A stretch of DNA of 44,579 nucleotides from an uncultured Candidatus Saccharibacteria bacterium (GCA_964371445.1 CAYJLK010000006.1:1-44579); one strand, 5' to 3'; positions 7,726 to 15,495 are shown, numbered from the stretch's first letter. Numbers and translations are program-made. Notes: generated from the sequence alone by a model not told the origin.

Positions 7726-10185
7726 ATGGCGAGGACAAAGATTGCACTCCCGACGACTGCTGCGCCAGTAGAGAGTTACAAACACACTGGCAAGCGTGTG
7801 CGCATTCCAACACAAGAGGAGTCAGTTAAGCTTTCGCCTCGGGATAAACGCCCGGAGAAAAAGAAATACGCATATGATCCATCTCTTGATCCACGACTTG
7901 AATGGGCCGGTAAATCTGAAGCCGGAGAAGAGTTCAATGTAACGACTGTACCTATCTATGTGCAGGAAAAGATCTCACCAGAGGCACTCATCGCTCGTCT
8001 GAAGGCTGGTACCAACGATAGTTCGCAAACACTCCTTTTTGGTGAAACTGCTCACGAACAGATGGGCAAGGCGATTGACTTCTATAAACACGAAGACAAC
8101 TGGCAGAACCGTATGGTACTCGGTGACTCGCTGCTAGTGATGAATTCATTGCTGGAAAAGGAGGGTATGAGGGGTAAGGTGCAGTGCGTGTATATCGACC
8201 CACCCTACGGAATTAAATTCGGTTCAAACTGGCAAGTCTCCACTAGAAAAAAGGAGGTCAAGGATAATAAAATCGATGATCTCATTCGTCAGCCAGAACA
8301 GATTAAGGCATTTAGAGACACATGGGAGCTTGGGATTCATTCGTACTTGTCTTATCTGCGTGACCGCCTTATTGCAGCCAGAGAGTTACTAACCGAGAGC
8401 GGTTCCTGCTTTGTGCAGATCAACGATGAAAACGTGCATCTCTTGCGGAATCTTCTAGACGAAGTTTTTGGCGCCGAGAATTTTGGTTCAATGATTACCT
8501 ACAGAACCAGAAGTCCACTTGGTACAACAGGATTGGCAAAAGCCTGTGACTATCTGATCTGGTACTATCGTGATGCGGAAAAGGCAAAAATTAGGAATCT
8601 CTATATCCCTAAGTCTATACGTGATGACGAGTATTTTGATTCCATAGAGCTAGCTGACGGCACCCGGCGAAGAATGACTAGAGATGAGAGAAATGGTTTG
8701 ATCCCTCTTCCTCAAGATGCACGTGTATATTCAGCACAAGGGCTATTATCCTCCGGACGAACGGAGAGCTGTGTTTTCCCATACAAGTACGGAGGGAAAG
8801 AGTATATGCCGGGTGGAAATCGCTCATGGCGTACACATCCTTCTGGTATGAAAAGACTTGATGAGAAAAAACGTCTTATCGGCCTTCAGACTGCATTACG
8901 TTTCGTACAGTATTTAGACGATTTTCCTTTTAAAGAATATTCCAACATTTGGTACGACACTTACGGAGAAACTGATCGGGTATACGCCGTTCAAACAAAC
9001 ACTGAAATTATCCAGCGAGCTTTGCTCATGAGTACTGACCCGGGGGACATAGTTGTTGATCCAACTTGTGGTTCTGGCACGACTGCTTATGTTGCCGAAC
9101 AGTGGGGTCGCCGCTGGATTACCATAGACACATCACGTGTTGCATTGGCACTGGCTCGAACACGACTTATGACCGCAAAATTCTCCTACTTTAGGCTCAA
9201 GGAGGAAAAGAATATCTCGGCGGGGTTTGAGTACAAGACTGTCCCGCACGTTACTCTTAAATCTCTTGCGAATGATGAACAGCCTGATCAGGAGGTGTTA
9301 TACGATCAGCCAATTGTGAATAAAGACATCGTGCGTGTGGCAGGTCCAATGACAGTGGAGTCGCTTTCGCCGCATCGAATATCAGATGCACAGGAGATGG
9401 TATCGTCGGAACGATTCGTGGAGACGGTGATTACAAACCTACGCACAGCAGGCGTTCAGACAGGACAGAAGGGCGCTCGGGTAGAATTCGAGAACCTAGA
9501 CATCCTTCCGTCCGGCCCAGAAGTTCAGGCCGCCGGTGAATATATAACAACTGAAGGCCTTAAGAGAGTGGCTGTTGCTGTTGGTCCCGAATTCGGAAGC
9601 GTCGATGATGATTTCATCATGAGTGCCATAGCCGTCGCAAAAAGATTTGCGAAACTCTTGGTCGTAGCGGCGACATCGTTTGATGCTTCCGCCTTCTCCG
9701 TCGCAGAGGAACAGAACGGACTTCGTGTCATGCGAGTGAAGATAAATCCCGACCTCTCAATGGGAGATCTGCTTAAAAAGACCGGCTCTGGCAACCTCTT
9801 CATTGCGTTCGGGGAGCCGCAGGTAGAAGTGAAGGAGAAAAAGGACGGCATCACTGTGGAAGTGAAGGGTGTAGACGTTTATGATCCGGTAAAGAGCGAA
9901 ATTCGTTCATCTGGAGACGGCGATCCGGAACACGATATTGCGGCATGGTTCATTGATACTAACTACAACGGAGAAGCATTCTTCGTCTGCCATGCTTACT
10001 TCCTGGGAGGCAATAAACCCTACGAGAAGCTCCAGAAGGCGCTTAAGGCCGACATACCGGAGGAGGTGTGGGACGAGCTCTACTCGACCGTCTCTAGGCC
10101 GTTTCCGAAGCCGACGACCGGTAAGATAGCGGTTAAAGTCATCAACCATTACGGTGACGAGGTGATGAAGGTCATCTCCATTTAA
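7726..10185 (+). CDS. mod: Type III-like Mod DNA methyltransferase (N6-adenine/N4-cytosine class, beta motif order) with a long C-terminal extension
   Basis: Motif IV (VYIDPPYGIKF) precedes the AdoMet motif I (VVDPTCGSGTTAYVAEQWGRRWITID). The start lies 7 nt after the res stop. About 330 aa follow motif I, ending ...GKIAVKVINHYGDEVMKVISI. Confidence 0.9.
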   Translation: MARTKIALPTTAAPVESYKHTGKRVRIPTQEESVKLSPRDKRPEKKKYAYDPSLDPRLEWAGKSEAGEEFNVTTVPIYVQEKISPEALIARLKAGTNDSSQTLLFGETAHEQMGKAIDFYKHEDNWQNRMVLGDSLLVMNSLLEKEGMRGKVQCVYIDPPYGIKFGSNWQVSTRKKEVKDNKIDDLIRQPEQIKAFRDTWELGIHSYLSYLRDRLIAARELLTESGSCFVQINDENVHLLRNLLDEVFGAENFGSMITYRTRSPLGTTGLAKACDYLIWYYRDAEKAKIRNLYIPKSIRDDEYFDSIELADGTRRRMTRDERNGLIPLPQDARVYSAQGLLSSGRTESCVFPYKYGGKEYMPGGNRSWRTHPSGMKRLDEKKRLIGLQTALRFVQYLDDFPFKEYSNIWYDTYGETDRVYAVQTNTEIIQRALLMSTDPGDIVVDPTCGSGTTAYVAEQWGRRWITIDTSRVALALARTRLMTAKFSYFRLKEEKNISAGFEYKTVPHVTLKSLANDEQPDQEVLYDQPIVNKDIVRVAGPMTVESLSPHRISDAQEMVSSERFVETVITNLRTAGVQTGQKGARVEFENLDILPSGPEVQAAGEYITTEGLKRVAVAVGPEFGSVDDDFIMSAIAVAKRFAKLLVVAATSFDASAFSVAEEQNGLRVMRVKINPDLSMGDLLKKTGSGNLFIAFGEPQVEVKEKKDGITVEVKGVDVYDPVKSEIRSSGDGDPEHDIAAWFIDTNYNGEAFFVCHAYFLGGNKPYEKLQKALKADIPEEVWDELYSTVSRPFPKPTTGKIAVKVINHYGDEVMKVISI

Positions 10186-10376
10186 ATCCGAAGAATGAAC
10201 GAAGAACTCTTTGAGCTCGCAAAGGACAACGACCTAAGTCTTGACGAAGCGCAGGAGGTCCAAGATCTCGCCGATGAACTTAGTGTAGACATAGACGATG
10301 CGTATGAGATCTGGGAGGCGCAGTAGAGCAGCACAGCAGAAACGGCGACCACATGGATCGCCGTTAGCGCTTTGAC

Positions 10377-10958
10377 TTAGCTCTTCAGACTCGCGATGGC
10401 TTCACTGGCCTCGCTCTTTGTAAGACTGTCGATATTCGCCATCCAACTCTCCCTTTGATCATTCGGAGCGCCCAAAAGGAGCGTCTTCAGATAATCTAGC
10501 TGTTTAAGCGTCGCTGGCTCGTGCGTCTCGTCTTGGGCTATGGCATACGTCTCGCCGGGTTGTCCCTGTGCGTCCTCCAGCCGCATGACATCTAGGGTCT
10601 TGCACGCTGAATTGATGGCCGACATGAGCGCGCCATTGAGAGAGGAGTAAAGAGCCCTGTCGATGCCCTTGTTGAGCCGAGACAGGGCCGTGGACCCGTG
10701 TCCGAGCCCAATCGGCTTGCCATCCATACGAAGCTCGCAAGTAACTGCGATAAGTCCGGGCGTCTTAAGTGCCGACATAGTGCCATGATCCGGAGAGAAC
10801 GAGGCGGAGAGGCTGTATTTTGCCTGACACAGCTTGGCGAGCATCTGACGGACTGGATGCGTCGCGTCCTGGGTGTCCATCGCCTTCTCCCGCATCTGTT
10901 GCATCGGATGCGGCTGATAAGGAGAGCGGACCGGACGAGGTTTGTAAGTTGTTTGCAT
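10377..10958 (-). CDS. Hypothetical protein (start codon ambiguous)
   Basis: 193-aa ORF with protein-like composition. The C-terminal stretch is ATLKQLDYLKTLL...SLTKSEASEAIASLKS. Alternative in-frame Met codons include M61 at 10778. The 5' 194 nt overlap the upstream SymE-like ORF in another frame. Confidence 0.55.
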   Translation of the reverse strand: MQTTYKPRPVRSPYQPHPMQQMREKAMDTQDATHPVRQMLAKLCQAKYSLSASFSPDHGTMSALKTPGLIAVTCELRMDGKPIGLGHGSTALSRLNKGIDRALYSSLNGALMSAINSACKTLDVMRLEDAQGQPGETYAIAQDETHEPATLKQLDYLKTLLLGAPNDQRESWMANIDSLTKSEASEAIASLKS

Positions 10959-11118
10959 GGTTAACGATTCTTAAGGTGATAACGCCCCTCTGGTAGACGA
11001 CCTCTATGGGTGCGCCTATAGCGAAGCCCATGGTAGCTAGCAGTTGATTCGCCAGCTTTACCATCGGTGTTCGATCGGTCCCCGGGGCGCGGGTGACGGT
11101 AATTCGCTTGGTGGTCAT
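10765..11118 (-). CDS. SymE/AbrB-fold (SpoVT-AbrB-like) toxin-family protein
   Basis: The N-terminal RITVTRAPGTDRTPMVKLANQLLATMGFAIGAPIEVVYQRGVITLRI fits the SymE pattern (R.ltV...P.i.L.G.WL..aGF..G..v.V....G.i.L). The C-terminal ~60 aa are low-complexity and overlap the next ORF. Confidence 0.5.
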   Translation of the reverse strand: MTTKRITVTRAPGTDRTPMVKLANQLLATMGFAIGAPIEVVYQRGVITLRIVNHANNLQTSSGPLSLSAASDATDAGEGDGHPGRDASSPSDARQAVSGKIQPLRLVLSGSWHYVGT

Positions 11119-11414
11119 ACGACCTTCTCCACCTGTTTTTTGTGGAACAGTAGAACGCTGCGGGGATAGCGCATCTGTACTTCTCCCTTGTCATTCTTCA
11201 TCTCTATCACGGTGACGGAGCGGAACGCCTTCTCACCGCGCTTCACTCGGTAGCCGTAGTTAGCCCAACAGATAAAGGGCATAGCGTCACAGCTGGGGTC
11301 AAAGGATTCGGCGCACTCGTCACCGTATCTCTCCCGGACCTGTTCGCGCACAAGCTCGTACGTCTTCTCCGAACCACGGTATGGGCTCAGGAGCTTCTCT
11401 TGAATTGACTGCAT
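11115..11414 (-). CDS. ArdC-N (DUF1738)-like small ssDNA-binding / anti-restriction-type protein
   Basis: 99-aa ORF. FICWANYGYRVKRGEKAF resembles the F..W...G..VkKGEK core of the ArdC N-terminal domain. An ATGA stop/start overlap with the SymE-like ORF suggests translational coupling. Confidence 0.45.
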   Translation of the reverse strand: MQSIQEKLLSPYRGSEKTYELVREQVRERYGDECAESFDPSCDAMPFICWANYGYRVKRGEKAFRSVTVIEMKNDKGEVQMRYPRSVLLFHKKQVEKVV

Positions 11415-11873
11415 GATGATCTGAAAGCACGCTCGCTTCGACTAGCTGCGAGCAAGAACTACTCGGTGCTGATGAATAATGATTAAAGTTCTTCATCCTC
11501 TGAGTCGTAGGCCGGTTGGGGGGGTGGACACTTCACCTCCTCCTCAGATCGAACCTCCTCTCTAAGTACTGGACCTGAGCCCGGCTGGGACGATTTCTCC
11601 ATCGCGCGTCACATACAGAACGAAATAGAAGTACCTCCCCTAGGCCGAGGATTCTCGATGGTCAAAAAATATTTCTGCGCAAAAAACTCTATAAAAAGGT
11701 AGTGCTTATCTAAAAAATGTTAACGATACAAAGATTCCGCAAGCTCTTACCAGAACCTGACAGAAGTAACCTCTCCGAGGTAGAGGTTAAAAGGATTAAA
11801 TATGCCGGGTATGGCTTTGCCAGTGCCACATTCGACCAGGGGCTAAGAAAGCGTAACCAGTAACACCCCCAGT

Positions 11874-11901
11874 TTGCACATGGAATCGAAAGGTTCATAC
11901 T
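11874..11901 (+). promoter_or_regulatory. Candidate sigma70-like promoter giving a (near-)leaderless mRNA for the 70-aa ORF
   Basis: TTGCAC (11874-11879), a 16-nt spacer, then CATACT (11896-11901). The ATG at 11909 lies only 7 nt past the -10 box and no Shine-Dalgarno is present. Confidence 0.3.
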
Positions 11902-11908
11902 GTGGGAC

Positions 11909-12121
11909 ATGGCAGAGAAAATAGAAGCAACCACTACAGTGGTAGCCACACCGAATGAGACTACCGTTGCAGTCCGCGTGCTCAATACATTTGTCGATAC
12001 CGTTATGGAGGACACTGATCTTGTGACTGTAGGGGCGCGTCTCAAGACAGCTATCATTGACCGTAACGATCTTTCCGAAGCGACGCTCCGGACGGCTATG
12101 TTCGGCGATAGCAATACATGA
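11909..12121 (+). CDS. 70-aa hypothetical protein, translationally coupled to the downstream ABC ATPase
   Basis: Sequence is MAEKIEATTTVVATPNETTVAVRVLNTFVDTVMEDTDLVTVGARLKTAIIDRNDLSEATLRTAMFGDSNT. An ATGA overlap at 12118-12121 joins it to the next ORF. No known motif. Confidence 0.5.
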   Translation: MAEKIEATTTVVATPNETTVAVRVLNTFVDTVMEDTDLVTVGARLKTAIIDRNDLSEATLRTAMFGDSNT

Positions 12122-14595
12122 TTAAAGTCGAACGGATCATCATTCAAGAGTTCCGAGGTATCCGAAATCTCACACTCGAGCTCGGAGGGAAAAACTTCGC
12201 TATATGTGGACCAAACGGGACAGGCAAAAGCGGTGTGGTCGATGCTCTTGAATTCGCCCTAACGGGAAGCATTTCTCGTCTAACAGGCAAAGGTCGTGGT
12301 GCATTGTCGGTTAAGACTCATGGGCCACATGTTGATAGTCGAGGTACCCCGGAGCGAGCACAGGTAACTTTAGATGTCGTTATACCTTCGCTCGACAACA
12401 AGAGTGTCCGTATCGTACGCAACGTTAAAACTCCTAATGCTCCCACCATCACGCCCAGCGACCCCAGTGTTAGAGCGGCCCTACTTCATGTTGAGGAACA
12501 CCCAGAGTTTGTCCTTTCGCGTCGTGAAATAATTAAGTATGTACTTGCAGAACCAGGCGAGCGCTCCAAGGAACTCCAAGCACTCCTACGGCTCGATGAA
12601 CTTGAGACGGTTCGAACCGTGCTTCAGAAGATAGCGAATGCATCTGAAAAGGAACTCAAACCGCTTGAGCAAGCGAACACTTCAGCCGTAGAAGCTCTTA
12701 CTCGGGCGTTGGGTATTACTGAAGCGACACAAGAAAGTGTATTGACCGCTGTGAATGAGAAGAGAGCTGTGCTTTCACTGCCAGCCCTCACGAAACTTGA
12801 TCCCGCCACATCCATTCGTGACGGACTCGAAAGTCTCCCCGGCGCCGCACCGTCCCGAGTACCAAAGGTACAGGCCAAGGCTGACTTGGTCGCAGCCAGA
12901 GCAGCTCTAGATGTCCTGTTCTCACCTGCGTTTGAAAGAGAGAAGGGTCTGGTTGCTGACGCTGTATCGAAATTGAAAGGTAATGAAGAAAACCTGAAAA
13001 AAGTGTCTCAAGACGATTTGCTACGTGCTGCGCTCGAACTTTTTAATGAGAAGACATGTCCTGTATGCGAAACGGAATGGGATCCGGAGTCCTTCAGAGC
13101 AATCGTAACCGCGCAGCGAGCAAGACTCGATGCTGCGACGAAAGAACGAGCCGCTGTTGAATCACTCATCGCACCTATTATCACCAAGATTGGAAACGTA
13201 CGCGCGGCTCTAAACGTACTCATGCCCTACGGTCCGCTTTTCCTCGCGCCAGTGGATGTCACACAGATAGAAAAATACTGCAATCAGCTCTCAGTGAGGA
13301 TTACACAACTACGGAAGTTCCTACCGCTTGACGAGACTCTCGCGTCCTTGAACATCGGTAGCGAAGAGTCCGGACAAGTTTCATCCGTGCTTGATAATAT
13401 CGGCGTGGCTATAGAAGCAATCCCGGACCCCACTGACCGCGATGGTGCCCGTGAGTATCTCGTCCTTGGGCAGGAACGTTTGCAGGCATACAGAATAGCA
13501 GCGGCACGGTATAAGGTGGCAAAGAAACAGGTAGCCGTATCAAAACGAGTGTTCGAGATTTATGGCGTGGCCACAACCACTGCACTCGACGCAATTTACA
13601 AGCAGGTAGAAGCGGAGTTTCGCGGGTACTATCGTTTAATCAACAGCGACGACGAAAGCACGTTTGAAGCACAGCTCACCCCGTCTATAGGCAAACTTGG
13701 GTTCGAAGTGAACTTCTATGGCAGGGGGTTCTTCCCTCCGGGGGCTTACCACAGCGAAGGACATCAAGATGGCATGGGTCTTTGCTTATACCTAGCCCTC
13801 ATGAAGCATCTCCTCGGAAAGGACGGATTTACATTCGCTGTACTCGACGATGTTCTCATGTCCGTCGACAAAGGACACCGCCGTGAAGTATGTAAACTTC
13901 TTCTGTCCGTTTTCCCAAATACACAGTTTGTTCTCACCACACATGACGGTGTGTGGTTGCGTTATATGAAAACGACGGGGCTCATTGAATCGCAAGCCGG
14001 GATAGAATTTCGTAAATGGAACGTCGATTGCGGACCCTCAGAATGGAGGACCGTGGATACCTGGTCTGAAATAGATGACCTTGTCTCAAAGAACGATGTG
14101 CGTGGAGCGGCCGCGTTGCTTCGGAATCAACTTGAACACCTTGCAGCGGAGTACTGCGCCCTCCTTGGGGGGCGCGTCACCTATCAGGGTGATGGCCACT
14201 ACGAGCTTGGTGATCTCCTGCCGGGCGCTGTGGGTGCACTAGGAGCTCTATTTAAGAAAGCAAAGGCAGCAGCAAATAGCTGGGGCAACACAGAACTTGT
14301 CGCTGTAATCGATGAACAAGACAAGGCGTTCGCGACATCGGTAACGGCTGCTCTAGGTGAGCAGTGGCAGATTAACCCGCTCATTCACTACAACGAATGG
14401 GCAAATCTTGAACAGAATGATTTTACTCCCGTTGTAGCGGCATTCAAAGACCTAACGGCGCGCTTCGTCTGTGCAAAATGCAACGGGCTGATGTACATAA
14501 CCTATTCGAATGGGGTGAAGGACACCCTCCGTTGTAGCTGCTCCGCGCTTAGTCTTAGTTTGGTTCCAAAGAAAGCAGCGATAAAGCAAATCTGA
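12118..14595 (+). CDS. Rad50/SMC-like ABC ATPase with zinc-hook CxxC and extra C-terminal domain (RloC/PrrC-like candidate)
   Basis: Walker A is CGPNGTGKSG in the typical MIKVERIIIQEFRGIRNLTLEL N-terminus. A long helical insert carries CPVCETEW (13057-13068). The signature-like motif is SEGHQDG, Walker B/D-loop is FAVLDDVLMSVD and the H-loop is LTTHD. A further ~200-aa C-terminal domain contains LRNQLEHLAAEY (R-x3-E) and a terminal CAKCNG...CSCS zinc-ribbon-like motif. Confidence 0.85.
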   Translation: MIKVERIIIQEFRGIRNLTLELGGKNFAICGPNGTGKSGVVDALEFALTGSISRLTGKGRGALSVKTHGPHVDSRGTPERAQVTLDVVIPSLDNKSVRIVRNVKTPNAPTITPSDPSVRAALLHVEEHPEFVLSRREIIKYVLAEPGERSKELQALLRLDELETVRTVLQKIANASEKELKPLEQANTSAVEALTRALGITEATQESVLTAVNEKRAVLSLPALTKLDPATSIRDGLESLPGAAPSRVPKVQAKADLVAARAALDVLFSPAFEREKGLVADAVSKLKGNEENLKKVSQDDLLRAALELFNEKTCPVCETEWDPESFRAIVTAQRARLDAATKERAAVESLIAPIITKIGNVRAALNVLMPYGPLFLAPVDVTQIEKYCNQLSVRITQLRKFLPLDETLASLNIGSEESGQVSSVLDNIGVAIEAIPDPTDRDGAREYLVLGQERLQAYRIAAARYKVAKKQVAVSKRVFEIYGVATTTALDAIYKQVEAEFRGYYRLINSDDESTFEAQLTPSIGKLGFEVNFYGRGFFPPGAYHSEGHQDGMGLCLYLALMKHLLGKDGFTFAVLDDVLMSVDKGHRREVCKLLLSVFPNTQFVLTTHDGVWLRYMKTTGLIESQAGIEFRKWNVDCGPSEWRTVDTWSEIDDLVSKNDVRGAAALLRNQLEHLAAEYCALLGGRVTYQGDGHYELGDLLPGAVGALGALFKKAKAAANSWGNTELVAVIDEQDKAFATSVTAALGEQWQINPLIHYNEWANLEQNDFTPVVAAFKDLTARFVCAKCNGLMYITYSNGVKDTLRCSCSALSLSLVPKKAAIKQI

Positions 14596-14599
14596 CGCT

Positions 14600-14797
14600 G
14601 TGCCTATGACTTGCAACTCTTCGGTGCTGGGAGAAAAAGAAAGACTCGAACTTCGTGAGATCCTCCGTTTATCCATTGGAGACTACGCGAGTAAATTCTC
14701 CGAAGAGGACTTAGACGATCTTGGAGTAACACTACTCGAAGCAACGGCTATAGCTCTCAAAGCGCGCGCCGGGCAACATAAAGCCCCCGCTTTGTAG
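14600..14797 (+). CDS. 65-aa hypothetical protein
   Basis: ORF starting 4 nt after the ATPase stop. Acidic helical sequence ...LELREILRLSIGDYASKFSEEDLDDLGVTLLEATAIALKA. No motif. Confidence 0.35.
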   Translation: MPMTCNSSVLGEKERLELREILRLSIGDYASKFSEEDLDDLGVTLLEATAIALKARAGQHKAPAL

Positions 14798-15040
14798 GAG
14801 GGGAGATTATGCTTCACCATTATCACTTCGCCTGTACTGCTCTGGTTAATAATCTCGCAAGCAATCCGGCTCGACTGCCGGTTGTTGCCTACGGGTTGCC
14901 CAAAAAGTGATAAAAGGTGATCAGAATTGATGACTGGTGAGTATGATTGAGAATCTACAATTTCGCAGGTATAACCTTGTGTTTACTCCTTAATCCAGTA
15001 ATTGCTTGCTCGATTAGCTGTTGGCCCTAATGCCTCTCTC

Positions 15041-15067
15041 GCCGGTTCGATTCCGGCCCCCGCAACA
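15041..15067 (+). repeat. Candidate attR: 3'-terminal T-arm plus acceptor of an initiator tRNA-fMet, with no 5' half
   Basis: GCCGG-TTCGATT-CCGGC-CCCCGCA-A-CA has the same layout and near-identical sequence to the classical bacterial initiator tRNA 3' end (...GGTTCAAATCCGGCCCCCGCAACCA). No matching CGCGGGG 5' strand or D-arm lies upstream. Confidence 0.6.
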
Positions 15068-15072
15068 AGATT

Positions 15073-15108
15073 GGAAAAGGCGCCATAAGGCGCCTTTTCC
15101 TTTACTTG
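15073..15108 (+). terminator. Rho-independent terminator (native terminator of the disrupted tRNA locus)
   Basis: A perfect 12-bp stem GGAAAAGGCGCC / GGCGCCTTTTCC with an ATAA loop, followed by TTTACTTG. Confidence 0.6.
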
Positions 15109-15254
15109 TTGCGTGGGAACGAAGCGCCTGCGCGCTTCGCGTCCGGAATCGAATGACGGAGCATGTTTTGGTCAGCAGGCCAAAACGGCGAGTCTGTGCC
15201 CAGACCTCGCCGAACTGGTGAGGCGAGAGTTGAGGGAGATAAGCGTAATCGCGG

Positions 15255-15270
15255 TCCGGCCCCCGCAACA
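15255..15270 (+). repeat. Second 16-nt copy of the tRNA-fMet acceptor end (TCCGGCCCCCGCAACA)
   Basis: Exact 16-nt direct repeat of 15052-15067, located 203 nt downstream. Confidence 0.6.
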
Positions 15271-15352
15271 CGGTTGTGACGCCAGGAACCAGTTCCTGTC
15301 CCTGTCAAAGTCGGTACAGTACCGGCGCCCCTGTTCAGCTAGAAAAGCCAGC

Positions 15353-15381
15353 AAAAACCACGAAAGTGGTTTTTGCGTTTT
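15353..15381 (+). terminator. Hairpin plus T-tract (orphan terminator)
   Basis: AAAAACCAC-GAAA-GTGGTTTTT followed by GCGTTTT. No obvious upstream gene on this strand. Confidence 0.4.
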
Positions 15382-15400
15382 CAACAAATACAACATATTT

Positions 15401-15421
15401 CCAGTTCAATTCCGACTCTCG
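15401..15421 (+). pseudogene. Fragment resembling the 3' end of tRNA-Thr(GGU)
   Basis: GTTCAATTCCGACTCTCG matches GTTCAATCCCGACTCTCG of the intact tRNA-Thr at 44506-44578 in 17 of 18 positions. No 5' half is present. Confidence 0.5.
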
Positions 15422-15474
15422 TATTCGGAGCATTTTCGTGTTGCAATCACATTAAAATTCACTCAATTTTGAGC

Positions 15475-15495
15475 ATGGGCGCTGGAATCGAACTG
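15475..15495 (-). repeat. tRNA 3'-end-like 21-mer, copy 1 (ATGGGCGCTGGAATCGAACTG)
   Basis: 19 of 21 identity with 20230-20250. Read on the minus strand it is a T-loop plus acceptor-like CAGTTCGATTCCAGCGCCCAT. Confidence 0.5.

Larger units (their letters stand above)
1..15067. mobile_element. Integrative element (int-xis-rep module plus defence cargo), left end off-window, right end at a tRNA-fMet 3' copy
   Basis: Supporting observations: integrase, excisionase and P-loop rep genes with iteron-like repeats; R-M and RloC-like cargo; a 27-nt tRNA 3'-end copy at 15041-15067; and visibly lower G+C than the 20-44 kb part of the window. Confidence 0.6.

Noticed and set aside
10341-10365. 8-bp hairpin AACGGCGA / TCGCCGTT between the convergent R-M and 193-aa genes, considered as a bidirectional terminator.
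   Set aside because: The stem is short, the loop is 9 nt and there is no clear U-tract on either side. It is too weak to call.
11483-11602. Three GGAGG motifs on the minus strand and a 39-codon acidic ORF (MEKSSQPGSGPVLREEVRSEEEVKCPPPQPAYDSEDEEL).
   Set aside because: The GGAGG strings are GAG-GAG codons inside the ORF rather than ribosome-binding sites. The ORF itself has no SD and low-complexity composition, so it is left uncalled.
11710-12147. 145-aa minus-strand ORF.
   Set aside because: It is antisense to the 70-aa ORF and the ATPase start. Its composition is Ser/Val/Thr-rich and low-complexity, and no upstream signals are present.
14809-14910. 33-codon ORF MLHHYHFACTALVNNLASNPARLPVVAYGLPKK, preceded by TAGGAGGGGAG.
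   Set aside because: It has a good SD-like box, but the ORF is very short, has no motif and sits at the edge of the element. It is mentioned under the ATPase finding but is not strong enough to list as a feature.
14990-15067. Possible complete tRNA gene ending at 15067.
   Set aside because: Only the T-arm and 3' acceptor strand are present. No complementary 5' acceptor strand, D-arm or pairable anticodon stem can be drawn upstream.
15052-15270. Repeated TCCGGCCCCCGCAACA considered as a mini-CRISPR or other repeat array.
   Set aside because: There are only two copies. The repeat is the acceptor end of a tRNA, and no cas genes or regular spacing are present.
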